Source: Eledone cirrhosa (lineage: Eukaryota). From it: a stretch of 64,000 nucleotides of DNA. Below the pieces are notes generated by a model. It was not told where the DNA came from. It saw only the letters and a list, made by a program, of their open reading frames with translations, and did not search any database. Within the stretch, counting starts at the first letter, position 1. Each line of letters begins with the position of its first letter. Both the position numbers and the translations under genes were made by a program. Shown in pieces: positions 1 to 15,496 of this stretch. The stretch covers positions 174,964,001 to 175,028,000 of the forward strand of contig OZ024742.1 in assembly GCA_964016885.1 (NCBI GenBank), given 5' to 3'.

Positions 1-177
1 ATTTCTTTTCTTAAAAGACATTTGATACCTTATCCACTGATGGCCTATTTATTCATCTATTACTACCAACCTTAAGGATTTATACTGCCCCTTTCCATTC
101 TTAACATTGGTCAATTTCAACCTGGTTATAAAACCTTACTTATTCATATGTATGTTTTTTTGTATTCTTCAATAAAC

Positions 178-326
178 AAAACTCATTATTTCTGAAGACT
201 CCGGGTAGTGAAGACGTATGTATCTTTTTCTTACTATGATATTTTGTAATATGTTTTACATAGATCAATAATTGAATGAACATACAGAGAACTACCCCCA
301 GAAACGATCGTAAAATAATGAGTTTT
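178..326 (+). ncRNA. Type I hammerhead ribozyme with ~100-nt extended stem II (family E), in a PLE pseudo-LTR remnant ending in (TA)n
   Basis: 14-bp stem I AAAACTCATTATTT/AAATAATGAGTTTT; core CTGAAGA (192-198) and GAAA (301-304); palindromic stem III ACGATCGT with GUA cleavage triplet; stem II base GGGTAGT/ACTACCC. Confidence 0.8.
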
Positions 327-489
327 ACTATGAATTAACAGTTTTGTGTTTAATTTCATTGTTTTAATATTTCTATTTATATTTATATATATATATATAT
401 GTGGGGGGGGGGGAGTCTAGTTTAGAATAGGTAGACCTGTATCACTTCATGTCATAAGAAGTAACTAAAAGTGTTAATGTCATAAATGT

Positions 490-738
490 TAGTTGACATG
501 TGATAAGCATTAACAATGATCACTGGGTGAAGAGGTGCCAAGAAATCCCAGTGGAAGGAAGCCTCAGTAGAAGTAGCTCAAGAAACACCCAGGCAGAGTT
601 TGTGAGAGTTGACCTCAAATCACTGAAACTCACAGAGTAGATGACAAAGGAATTTAATGAGATGTTGTTGTGAGAAGTACCTGTCCAACCCATGTACGAA
701 TAGAAAAATAGACATAAAAATGATGAGGTGGAGGATGA
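490..738 (+). mobile_element. Degenerate 3' end of an RTE-clade LINE
   Basis: Translates to WVKRCQEIPVEG...DLKSLKLTE, similar to the RTE C-terminus at 10041-10676; ends in a GATGATGA-like tail. Confidence 0.55.
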
Positions 739-1439
739 TAATATATATATGTAGTGAGAGAGAGAATATTGAGAACTTCAAATTATTTTTTTTACTATGG
801 AAAATAGTCTAACAAATTGGGCATAAAAGCCCCTGGACAGAGAGATGATCATTATATTGAGTCAATTACATTTCAAATTCTCCCAGTGCTTCTTAAGTCA
901 ACTGATTTGTATATATGTATGTATATGTATATATATATATATATATGTAATCATACATGATACCAAGTTTGCACAATGTTTAAGGACTGTAAACCTGTGG
1001 GATATAGTGTTGCGAATATTGAGAGAATATATAATTGGAAGCAGAAAATAGCATTAGATTCATAGGTTTATGCTGAATCAAGAAAATTGAATGAAAGGCT
1101 ACATATATCAAACATGTAACATCTGATTTCAAAATGGGAAGAATTCTATGGATTGAATGAACTTATCTAGCTTTTATTAGCTATGTTACCTCAAGGTAAA
1201 CAATTAGTCTGATTCATCACATATACACACTTTCTATCTCCCTCTGTGTATGTGTGTTTATGTTTGCATATATATGTTTGTGTGTATATATATATGTATG
1301 TGTATGTATATATGTATGTATGTTTGTGTATATATATATAGATATATAGATAGATAGATAGATATATAGATAGATAGATAGAGAGATAGATACATGAGAG
1401 ATATTGAAATGGAAATGATTCATGAACTAAACTTCTTAA

Positions 1440-1868
1440 TCATCATTTTACTTCCATGTTTCCATGGGTTAGATGAGTCCTTTCCAGTACAGCATCACTC
1501 CACTTGTATATTTCCGTTGTTAATTCTTTTGAGAGATTTCATTTCTTAAGATCGGCTATAGCTACTTCTACCCATGTATTTTTTAGTCATTCTCTACTAC
1601 AACTTCCTCCCATGTGGAGTTTCGGGCAATTCTTTGTTCAACAATCATCATCCATAATCATTACATGTCTCCACAACCATAATATACTCTTTTGCATGCA
1701 ACATCCAACTTATGATCAGTTTCTTTTCTCATCCTATTTATGCTTTGTCATTCATGTACACTAAAATTACACATCCAGCAGCGCAGGACAATTCGTTTCT
1801 CTCCAACCATCGCATATCGGTTGTCTTTACTGTCCAAGCCTCACTTTACTGTCCAAGTTTGTCAACCA
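1440..1868 (-). mobile_element. Degenerate RTE LINE 3' fragment
   Basis: Similar to 9931-10330 (ctccaaccatcgcatatc, acatccagca, catcatccat); catcat tail at the left end. Confidence 0.55.
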
Positions 1869-1920
1869 AAATATATAAATATATATATATATATTTATAT
1901 ATATATATATATATATATAT

Positions 1921-2845
<925 letters not shown>

Positions 2846-2876
2846 CACACACACACAGACACACACACACACATAC

Positions 2877-3867
<991 letters not shown>

Positions 3868-3885
3868 TATATATATATATATATA

Positions 3886-4872
3886 CAGTGAGCGGACGAA
3901 ATTTGTTCGCAAGATTACTGTCTAGGAAGAGTAACACAGTAGTTTTCTTTTTTAAGATATATTTATCAAACTTGGGTCAGTTTGTCTTCATGAATTGTTC
4001 TTTCTATCTCACTCGATAAACCCGCCATTGGGTTTGATGACGGCCTCAAGGCGGCCTCGGAACCGGCTACAGGCCTTCGTCACTGTCCCCCGGCTTAGGG
4101 CCCTAAAGGCACTTGTGATCCTGGCCTTCAGATCGTCTTTCGTATTGCAGCTAGATCTGTTGGTGTCTCGTTCCACTGCGCCCCACACAAAGAAGTCGAG
4201 GGGGTTGCAGTCAGGCGAGCTGGGAGGCCAGATGTCAGGTGAAGTGTGGTCAACAAAGTTCTCTGACAGCCAGGCTTGGGTCTTTCGGCTGGTATGGCAG
4301 GGCGCTGAGTCTTGCTGCCACACGTACGGCCTACCTGCAGCTACCTGGTCGATCCAGGGCATTACTACCTCGCTCAGAACGCGGATGTAGCCATCGGTGT
4401 TCTGCTTGAGGCCCTCAGGGAAGAAGTGAGGTGGCATGACGTCACCTTGACTGCTGACGACACCTAAGACCAATGTTGTCGCTGGAAACTTTGTCTGCAT
4501 GACTCTGGGCACGTCTGGATGAGACGGCAAGCCACCTGATGTTCTGGGATTTGATCTTCTAGTCTTGGCAGAAGTTTTTCTCGTCGGAGAAAAACCTAAG
4601 CATGTCTGGCTCCACTGGGTGTTTCAACTTATTGATCAGCTTCTTCACATGCTTCAGTCGCTTTTCTTGCATCGCCTTTGACAGAAATTGTCCTTTCCTC
4701 ATCTTGTATGAAACGTAGCGAATGTCTTCATGTACTACCAGCCTAATGAGCTTTTCATCCACGTCTTTCTCCCTTGCAATCGCACGCATCAACTTGCTAG
4801 GTTCATTGTTGATGATATCCTGAACTTCAGCGACGAACTCGGGAGTTCTGAAGGCGTTCAATCGTCGATCAT
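3886..4872 (-). mobile_element. Tc1/mariner DD37D (maT-type) transposon, 5'-truncated, transposase pseudogene
   Basis: ORFs 4559-4861 (FFSDEKNF) and 4009-4530 (WQQDSAPCH...WPPSSPDCNPLDFFVW); 37 residues between the 2nd and 3rd Asp; end CAGTG... follows TA. Confidence 0.85.
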
Positions 4873-5012
4873 GTGCAGAACAATAATATAAAAGACGTAA
4901 AATAAGAAAATATTTTTTAAAAAATTTAAAAAAATTTTTTTTTTTTTACTTACTTACTTAAATTTTCACTCCAACTAATTTGTTTCTTGCCTGGAGACTC
5001 AGCTGAGAATAG

Positions 5013-5094
5013 ACTCCCTGATGACGCAATGAATTCTCGACAGTTGGATTACGTAACTGTCTTTATCCCATTGCATAAACTAATTAGTTGGAGT
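5013..5094 (+). ncRNA. Hammerhead ribozyme, family A, core-mutated copy
   Basis: Same as 5567-5648 except GAAA reads TAAA (5076-5079). Confidence 0.75.
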
Positions 5095-5566
5095 GAAAAT
5101 TTAAGTAAGTAAGTAAAAAAAATTTTTTAAATTTTTTAAAAAATATTTTCTTATTTTACGTCTTTTATATTATTGTTCTGCACCCTCCTGCATTGAACCA
5201 CCTAGGTACTATGACATAACCTGTGTATTTGCTGGCATGGACGTGCATCTGTGCGCCTATGTTAGTTGATATATTAAATTATCTATATTTATCTCCAAAT
5301 CACTGATTTGTCGAGTAAACCTGCCAAAACCACTTCTAAATTTTTTTGGGGTGTTAGTAGGCGTCAGTCATCTTACCATCCCATTCCTTCTAACTAGCCT
5401 CTGTGTCACGTGATTGATTCTTTAGAATCGGCCATTTGACTAGAAGCAGTGAGAATTTCAGTACATGGAATCCAGTCCTCGCCAGCTGTTCTTTCTACCG
5501 AATTATTATTATTTTTATATAAGCCGCCAGTGTCCGCGCATTGCCTGGAGACTCAGCTGAGAATAG

Positions 5567-5648
5567 ACTCCCTGATGACGCAATGAATTCTCGACAGTTG
5601 GATTACGTAACTGTCTTTATCCCATTGCAGAAACTAATTAGTTGGAGT
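5567..5648 (+). ncRNA. Type I hammerhead ribozyme, family A, intact core
   Basis: ACTCC-CTGATGA-C-GCAATG..(GACAGTT/AACTGTC hairpin)..CATTGC-A-GAAA-CTAATTAG-TT-GGAGT; palindromic stem III. Confidence 0.85.
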
Positions 5649-5868
5649 GAAAATTTAAGTAAGTAAGTAAAAATTTTTTAAACATTTAAAAAAAATTATT
5701 TTCTTATTTTACGTCTTTTATGTTATTGTTCTGCACCCTCCTGCATTGAACCACCTAGGTACTATGACATAACCTGTGTATTTGCTGGCATGGACGTGCA
5801 TCTGTGCGCCTATGTTAGTTGATATATTAAATTATCTATATATATATTTATATATATATATATATTTT

Positions 5869-5919
<51 letters not shown>

Positions 5920-6022
5920 ATATATATATTTTTATATATATATATATTTTTATATTTATATATATATATATATATATATTTTCATATATATATATATTTA
6001 TATATATATATTTATATATATA

Positions 6023-6093
<71 letters not shown>

Positions 6094-6096
<3 letters not shown>

Positions 6097-6255
6097 AAGT
6101 ATGTATGTATACGTACATACATATATGTATACAGACGTACAGTAGCATGCATAAATTCAGGCTGTTCGGTTTGTTGACAAACAAACGAACAAAGCGACGT
6201 TATAATAAACGTCGGCTAAACTGATGCGTGCATATATGTATGTGTACCTGTATGC

Positions 6256-6322
<67 letters not shown>

Positions 6323-6760
6323 TGCTACTGTACGTCTGTATACATATATGTATGTACGTATACATACATACTTACATTTAAGTAAGTGCCATACTGAGAG
6401 TGAGAAATGAAATTTCGTTTTCATTTTTTTTCAACTTATCGTTTTCGGTATGCCTGACCGATTTAACTCACTCAATATGCAAATTAGGCTGCTCAGCCGT
6501 TAATTTTCATAAGGAAAGTATATACTTTCGAACGTTCAACTATCTGGCAGATGGGTAAACGGTGCTGATGATAGCTAACAAGCTTGAAACTAGTACATCG
6601 TTCCTGTGTCAGTGTTGAACAAAAAGGTGACGTGGTTGCCTTAACACCGTATGGCATAAATTCAGGCTGTTCGGTTTGTTGACAAACAAACGAACAAAGC
6701 GACGTTATAATAAACGTCGGCTAAACTGATGCGTGCATATATGTATGTGTACCTGTATGC

Positions 6761-6857
<97 letters not shown>

Positions 6858-6976
6858 GCATGCTACTGTACGTCTGTATACATATATGTATGTACGTATA
6901 CATACATACTTACATTTAAGTAAGTGCCATACTAACAGTGAGAAATGAAATTTCGTTTTCATTTTTTTCAACTTAT
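6094..6976 (+). mobile_element. Non-coding HHR retroelement (retrozyme-like family D): short inverted arm plus ~1.6 tandem ~505-bp monomers with internal (TA)n
   Basis: 6149-6438 repeats from 6654; 6095-6152 is the reverse complement of 6317-6375; HHR at 6558-6602; (TA)n flanks. Confidence 0.8.
6558..6602 (+). ncRNA. Minimal type I hammerhead ribozyme, family D
   Basis: AACGGTG-CTGATGA-T-AGCT-AACA-AGCT-T-GAAA-CTAG-TA-CATCGTT: 7-bp stem I, palindromic stem III ACTAGT, GUA triplet. Confidence 0.85.
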
Positions 6977-7478
6977 ATATATATTCATATATATTTACAT
7001 ATATATATATATTTATATATATATATATATATATTTTTATATATATATATTTATATATATATATCCTCTGTCCTAGCGATTTTGTCCCCTGAAGAGTTCG
7101 AAACACGAGTCTTATCCTTAATAGGTTATCTCAAAATGAGAACGAAACCATGGGTCGGGATTTAGGGATTTAACCCTGGTATGTATATAAGCATTTCTAA
7201 CTTTAATTTTATACCTAATTGTATATGGTTGACCGTATATTTAATTAATTTCCAAGTGGTGTTGAAATGTTGGGTAAATATTGTATGGCGGTTGGCTGCG
7301 AAGACGCTGCTATCGTTTATTTATTTACTGTTTCTTCATAGGTGCCTTTTAATCTTATAGCCTGGTCTAATTGATTTTTTTGTGCTAATTGGCAGAATAA
7401 ATGATGTATATATATTATCAAATGATTCTATGGGCATGCTTTACTTTATAGAATTTATATATATATATATATATATAT

Positions 7479-7890
7479 TTCGTTTCTGAATTTGTTTAGC
7501 AAGATTTTTTATCTGAAATCGTGTATTGAAACCGATATTGTTATACTTTGGGAGGGTCATGTTGCTGGTGCTCAGTTTGCGCATGCGCCACATCCGGGTG
7601 TCTGTGTGTGTTTGTGTTCATTTATCTAGAAACAAAATGGCGTAGAATAGAAGAAAGGAAAGGCACAGAAACAAAGAAAGGAATCCCCAGTCACTGAAGA
7701 GGTCACAGAGTGTGTGACGAAAGGACTATGACTATATATAAACAACTATCTGGTTGTGGAACCAACCAACCAACCAGAAATTTATAAGTTTGTAAATTTG
7801 TAAATTTATAAATATATAATAAATTGAAGTGAAGGCAACTGGTGCGTGTGTTTCTTATTGGCAACATGGCCCTCCCAAAGTATAACAATA
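7479..7890. mobile_element. Family B pLTR-only inverted insertion with intact HHR at 7689-7733 (+)
   Basis: Tail-bearing minus arm 7479-7625 (internally deleted), plus arm 7628-7890 ending at CCCAAAGTATAACAATAT; AGTCA-CTGAAGA-GGTCACA..TGTGAC-GAAA-GGAC-TA-TGACT. Confidence 0.8.
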
Positions 7891-9304
7891 TATATATATA
7901 TTTATATATATATTTATATATATACATAAATATATATATTTATATTTTTATATATACATATATATTTATATATACATATATATTTATATATATATATATA
8001 TATATATTTATTTATATATCGACAGTCGATCGACTTTTTGTCAAATCGGACCGAGGAAACAATGTTTCCATTGGTCTTTCCAATTGCTAGTACTATCTAT
8101 CGGTCGCAACTCCCACACAGTGCCTTAGACCACCAGCCCCCATGTATATCATTTAAACATTTGCACCACAGCCCCCAACTATTGTATACAACTGTACACA
8201 CACCTCGATAATGCCCGGTCCCCCTCTGCATCGTTGTCATGTATGCATTCTCTTTTTCCAGCATTTTATTTTATTGTATTTTATCTTATTTTATTTTATT
8301 ATTGTATAATATTTCATTATTTTATGTCATATACGTATATGTTTTTTTATATATGTGCCACCCACGCTATATGCGATTAGTGCAGGGATATTGTGCTGCC
8401 GTAACATTTAGGCATATTGTGTAGGCACCTTCAGATTCACACCGCCACGTGATCGGGTTGGGTCAAAGCCTCAAATGCGCTGTCTCATACAATACTGTGT
8501 GCACCATCTGCGCAGCGGCACGTGGGAAGACGGATGAGGGGATAATCATCAAGTATATGCCTCCGGTGTGGGAGCGCGCGGGTGCATGTATGTATGTGTG
8601 TCCACACAGACAAGCATGAGCACGGGTGTGCGCATGCCTGGGTCGATGTATTTGTCTGAGTATGTCTACGTGGGAGTACGGATGACTTTCCATGGATTTT
8701 TCTTTTCTCATCTGTTTATATATGTGCGGCGTCTTGGCTAAGCACACTACCCTGAGTCCAGTGTGTGTGAGTGTAGAATTGAGTGTATTTGTTGAAAACA
8801 CCTTTGATATAGCCCTTCTGTTTGAAAGGCTGTTGAAAGCTTTCTTTTAAAAACATTTTTAAAAACGTTCTTAATACAGGTTTTTTCTTATTTTTTTCTT
8901 TTTGAAATATGTATGGTGGAGGGTATTCTAAGACTGTGTCCTACAAATGTTATGCTAAATATCCATGATCTGTTTTTTTTTTATTCCCACAAAACATTAG
9001 TTATGATGAATGATGCATACAGCATAATTGCGGGTGTCTGCCTGACCGATGTAGACTAAGGCGCATAGGGCAATGAAGACGTCGAAGTGATGCCAGCCGT
9101 TCAAGATTACAGCCCCTATCCCACCACAGTAGTAATTCTGATACATGAAGAAATTTTGATTGACAGGTGGAGAAGGAGAAGAAGCAAGAAGTGGGCAACC
9201 ATGAGTGGATAGAGATACCGGTGACGTGAACAATTCTTGACCACTCATGGAATGACAACAGGATCTAAATCAACAAACGAAGGAATTCGATGTTAAAGGA
9301 CAAT

Positions 9305-9915
<611 letters not shown>

Positions 9916-9930
9916 CATAATTTCATAAAT

Positions 9931-10740
9931 ATCATCATCATTTTACGTCCGCTTTTCCCTGCTTGCAAGGGTAGGATGGGTCCTATTCAGCACACCCTCT
10001 CCCCACTTGTCACGGTCCTTCGTCATCTTCTTGGTGAGTTTCAGCGATCTGTTTCTTTGTGGTCTACCTCTATGCGTCTTCCCTCCACTTGGACTTTCTG
10101 GCACTTCTTTTCCCAGCGGTCATCCTCCATACGCATCACATGTCCATACCATCTCAGCCTTCTCTTCTGCACACCACAACTTATCCCTCTTATGCCCAGT
10201 TTCTTTCTCAAATCGTCTATGCTTGGTCGTTCACGCACATTGACATTGCACATCCAACAGAGCATACTTGCTTCACTTCTCTCCAGCCGTCGCATATCCT
10301 CTGCAGTTGCTACCCAAATCTCACTACCATGCAGCATCGCGCATCTCACACAGGCATCATATAACCGTCGTTTCATATGCATGGAGAAACCCTTCTTTGT
10401 CAACAATAGAAGCAGCTCCCTTATCTTATTCCAACCCTCCCTTATTCTAGATACTATGTCCTCGGAACACCCCCCTCCCATGCTAATCTGATCAACTAGG
10501 TACCGGAAGCTATCAACCACTTCTATAGAACTCACCTGCATTGGAAAAATGTGTCTATCACTGTGATTACTACTGCCAACTTTCCCTGTACATCTACTGC
10601 ATACGTAGTTTTCCCTACCTGTTAGTTTGACTGCTATACCACTATATCTCTTGTGTACCCAAGATCTGCATTGCATACATTTTATGGAATTTATGGCAGT
10701 CCTTTCCTACATATCGAACATGACTTTTGTCTAAGCTATG
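9931..10740 (-). mobile_element. RTE-clade LINE, 5'-truncated RT C-terminal fragment
   Basis: ORF 10041-10676: [30 protein letters not shown], plus a Cys/His (PHD-like) segment CRSWVHKR..YVCSRC; (GAT)n tail. Confidence 0.85.
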
Positions 10741-10865
10741 TTCACTCTCAGTCCTCTTGATTCCAACAGCTGTTTCAATAGCCAAAATTTATATGAGATG
10801 CTGAATAGGACCCATCCAACCCTTGCAAGCAGGGAAAAGGGGTCGAAAGATGATGATGATGATGA

Positions 10866-10904
<39 letters not shown>

Positions 10905-10959
10905 AAGTTGTAGAAATCTTATAACGAAACGTCCGTCTGGATGGAAAGAGATATTTATT

Positions 10960-11140
10960 TAATAATTGTTTCTACTTTAGGCACAAGGCCAGCAATTTAC
11001 CAGTGCATTACTGGTACTTTATTTTATCGACCTCGTAAGGATGAAAGGCAAAGTCAACCTCGGCGGGATTTGAACTCAGATTGTAAAGGGACGTGACTAT
11101 GCTGGAAAGTATGGCGTCCGACCGTCTACCGATACTGAAT
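10960..11140 (-). mobile_element. tRNA-derived SINE with conserved central domain (Deu/Nin-like)
   Basis: Minus strand GAGTTCAAATCCCGCCGAGGTTGACTTTGCCTTTCATCCTT (B-box plus conserved core); other copies at 51559 and 63250. Confidence 0.7.
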
Positions 11141-11293
11141 GTCTCATATGAAATAATATAACCAGCTATCCACGAAATACTGATTAGTTAGCACCCCAAA
11201 CACTAAATTGGGATAATACTTAAGTATAACCTAATGTTTGTTGCGTGAGATGGAGTTGGTCGGGGTATCGCTTAAGGCTTTCTCTGTTTATGT

Positions 11294-11425
<132 letters not shown>

Positions 11426-11454
11426 TTTATATTTATATTTATATATATATAAAT

Positions 11455-11705
11455 ATATATCAAATACATAAGAACCGTAGAGCAAATATCTATTAAAATA
11501 ACAGATTAAAGTTTAAGCAAAGAATCGCTGCTTTCACCATTAACGTGATCTTCTGAAACTCAGAAGATCCCGTTAAGGGTGAAAGCAGCGATTCTTTCCT
11601 TAAACTTCAATCTGTTAATTTAATAAATATTTGCTCTACGGTTCTTATGTATTTGATATATATTTATCACTATCGAGCCCTCGTTGTATTTTAGTCTTCA
11701 AATTT
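11455..11705. mobile_element. Palindromic pLTR-like insertion with HHR-like cores in both arms
   Basis: ~11455-11555 inverted against ~11560-11662, plus a unique ~40-nt tail; arms read CAGAAGA-TCCC-GTTAA-GGGT-GAAA; (TA)n flanks. Confidence 0.6.
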
Positions 11706-11725
11706 ATTATTATTACCATTATCAC

Positions 11726-11759
<34 letters not shown>

Positions 11760-11763
11760 CATA

Positions 11764-12177
<414 letters not shown>

Positions 12178-12204
12178 TATATTTATATATATATATATAT
12201 ATAT

Positions 12205-12572
12205 CATCATCATTTTCATCATCATCATTTTACATCCGATTTTCCCTGCTTGCAAGTGTTGGACGGGAACTGATTCTGGCTTGATTTCTACAGCTGGATG
12301 CCCTTCCTAACACCAACCTAATTTACAGTGAGTGGTGGGTGCTTTTTTCCGTGGCGCCTACACGTCCACATTTTTTTGCTGTGATACCTCCACGACCAGT
12401 TTGCAGTGGAATGATAGGGACTCCAGTCCTATCATCTCATTTCTACAGCTGAGTTAACTGGAGCAATGTGAAATTAAGTGTCTTGTTCAAGGAAACAACA
12501 CATCACTAAGTCTGAGGATTGAACTTACAACCTTTCATTTGCAAGGCCAATGCTCTAAACACTAAGCCATGT
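12205..12572 (-). mobile_element. tRNA-headed SINE with RTE-like 3' end
   Basis: Minus-strand A/B-box head (TGGCTTAGTGTTTAGAGC...GTTCAATCC), GGAAGGGCATCCAGCTGTAGAAA motif, (GAT)n tail; near copy at 42330-42660. Confidence 0.75.
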
Positions 12573-12612
12573 GCGTCCATATATTTATATATATATATAT
12601 ATATATATCACG

Positions 12613-12645
<33 letters not shown>

Positions 12646-12682
12646 ATTATTATTATTATTATTGTTATTATTATTATTATAG

Positions 12683-14353
12683 ATAGACTGTTTCAGTTTA
12701 AAACCATTCTGAATGGACTCAACACAAACTTACAATTCACAATGGATTACAGCCATGAACAACTCCCTTTCCTCGACATTCTCATCAAGAAAACAACCAA
12801 CAAAATAGAAACAGACATATACTACAAACCGACAGACTCCAAACAATACCTCCCATTCAACTCGTGCCACCCTAGACACACCAAGATGGCAATTCCTTAT
12901 AACCTAGCCAGAAGGATCTGCACAATAGTTTCAGATAAATACACATGCTACACACGACTAGAAGAATTAAAAAACACCCTTATCAGCAGAAACTCCCCAC
13001 CATCCCTAATCAACAATCGATTTCAACGTGCCCTAAAATTAGACATCCAGGAACTCAGACACCCCAAACCCAGGAATGAACCGCAACAAAAAACTCTTTC
13101 ATACATCTCCACACACAACCCCCTCAACAATGAGGCATTCGATACCATCCTCCAGAATATTTCTTTAATACAAAGAGACCCAAGAATGAACAAAATCCTC
13201 CAAACACACAACATCATTAAGAGCAAAAGACAACATAAATCCATAAAAAAACACCTCACACAAGCCAAAATCCAACAAACTCTCACCATGAACCCTACAG
13301 TAACAAAATGCGGAAGTCCCAACTGTGGCATATGCATAAATCTAATAGAAGGTTCAACATTCCATTTTAAACAAGGACAGCGTTTCACAGTTAAGCACAA
13401 CTTTACATGTGCATTTGAAAACCTAATCTATGTTTTGACCTGCTCAGGTTGTCAAGAGCACTACATAGGACAGACAAAATCCAGCCTCCGTCAACGTATG
13501 ACCGTCCATAAATCACAAATTAAAATACAGGAATACAGAAATATTGCATTTAGTGAACATATCGCCAATTGTGCACACAACCAACATCCAAACTTTAACA
13601 TTTTCCCCATTTACAAATTCATAGACAACACTACTTTCATCCAACGCACCAATAAGGAAACATATTTCATTAACAAATTCCAACCACTATTTAATGCTCT
13701 AAAAATCGGACCAATCTAAAACTGCAACAAACAATCAAACATTTATAAGTGTTACCTCCCTCACACCCTGCCTAATCCTTTTTCTTAAATAAATTAAATA
13801 TCATCCAGCAAGAATTGCTTCCCCCTGCATATTAACTCTCTAAAAAGGGAAATTATATCAAACCCCAGTCCACCATTTGGAATAATGGAATCATGGATCA
13901 ACTAAGCACTCTTGCTATATTAATACATTTTGATCTGCTTAACTTCAATAACTATGCCTGTAAATAACATTATTTTTTCTTCCACATTGACTTTTTATGC
14001 TCTACATTATGCCCGTTTTTTTTCTTTTTTCTTTTCACTTCAGAAACCTTGTTTGTAAATAACATTATTCTTTCTGCACCTTCTCTTTAACATGTGTGAC
14101 ACCACACTAATAGATTTCACTATCATTTGATAATGCATAAAAATGCTGAAACCAGTAATAGACAATTATTAAATATATAAATAGATAAATAAATGCCATT
14201 GTTAAATAATAAATAAATCAACTAATACCTTGACCCTTCACACAAAGTAAAACATTTTGTTTTAATCATTTTCTAACCCAGAAAAAAGAGAGAGAGAGAG
14301 AAACAAAAAAGGAAAAAAAAATATTTTTCTTCCTTACAATCGTCTCTTTATCC

Positions 14354-14357
<4 letters not shown>
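12683..14357 (+). mobile_element. 5'-truncated Penelope-like element (Neptune-like): RT thumb, Cys linker and GIY-YIG endonuclease, then 3' UTR/pLTR
   Basis: ORF to 13719: LPFLDILI, TDIYYKPTDSKQYL..SCHP, KCGSPNCGIC, LIYVLTCSGCQEHYIGQT..LRQRMTVH; degenerate HHR near 14120-14162; ends in (TA)n. The ORF's YI-repeat N-terminus is microsatellite. Confidence 0.85.
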
Positions 14358-14410
<53 letters not shown>

Positions 14411-14646
14411 CAAATACTGGATTTTTACCAACCATCCAGGGGTCCGGGTAAATTTTTCAATCATATATTTTTTTATTTGTTTGACCCGAATTACTTGGTC
14501 GTTTCTATGGCTGGGCGGATAATGGTTTAACCATCGTCTCAGTGTGTTTGGCCTTTTAACGTATGTTGTACCTCTGGTTCATTAGAATTATTGAGCGTGG
14601 AAGTTGTTTTTCGCTAATTTCCAAAGCCGAAATACGATTCTCGCTA

Positions 14647-14707
<61 letters not shown>

Positions 14708-15496
14708 TGTATGTATCCAAAAGGGATGACTGAATATGCACATGTGATTTTTTCCACCTTTTTTATTAGATATTTTTCACATTCCTTCCCATTCTCACTC
14801 TCTATCTTTCTATATTATCTTTTATTTCTAATTCTATCTTCTGATGAATGACTAGTATCTAACATGTTAAGACTCTCTTTCTGCTATTTGTAGCGTTCAA
14901 CTAATTTATTTCTCCGATGTCCACTACCGTTGCAGCTGGTACCAAATCTCTATACATATTCAAGATTTTTCATTATGACTTGTTATGCCCACCATTCTTT
15001 TTTCTATCAAGTGATAACACTATCTGATTTTACACTAGCTTCCAATCCTTTTGATACACGGCCATCCCAGCCAAAACCGGCTCTGGGCCTATGAAACAAA
15101 ACCAACCATTTAGAAGTGTACCTATTTAAATTTAACCAATGCATCAATATAATTTAGAATAAGACCCAAATGTTATGTTACTATCTAAATAATGAAATAA
15201 TTCATAATTTAAGTAAATACCCTGAAATTATTTATTGATTAATTGAAATAGAGTATATTTAATTAGAAATATGGTTACAGAAGTGTTGTAAGTATCAGTA
15301 TGTTTCCACTTACACCTCTCTAAGTCAATGACATTGGATCGAGATCTTTGGCGCCATGCAGTTGTACAGAAGACCCGACTACTATTGCATACAAACCTAC
15401 AGTCAGTAGGCACCTCTTAACTCAATGTACACCCCACCGCCACACACTACCCTATCCTCCCTCTCCCGTTCCGTCCACTGTGTTGATGACACAACA

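Larger units (their letters stand above)
4874..5838 (+). mobile_element. Non-coding HHR retroelement (retrozyme-like family A): short inverted arm plus ~1.5 tandem 554-bp monomers
   Basis: 4987-5290 repeats at 5541-5838 (period 554); 4874-4986 is inverted; HHRs at 5013-5094 and 5567-5648; no meaningful ORF; ends in (TA)n. Confidence 0.85.

Noticed and set aside
9150-9270. Possible PIF/Harbinger transposase N-terminus (RRRRSKKW..HEWI)
   Set aside because: Short and frameshifted, with no catalytic motifs or TIRs found.
14836-14875. HHR-like TCTT-CTGATGA...TAACATGTT-AAGA (also 7089 CTGAAGAGTTCGAAA and 57857)
   Set aside because: Core or stem II incomplete; possibly decayed ribozymes but not supportable individually.
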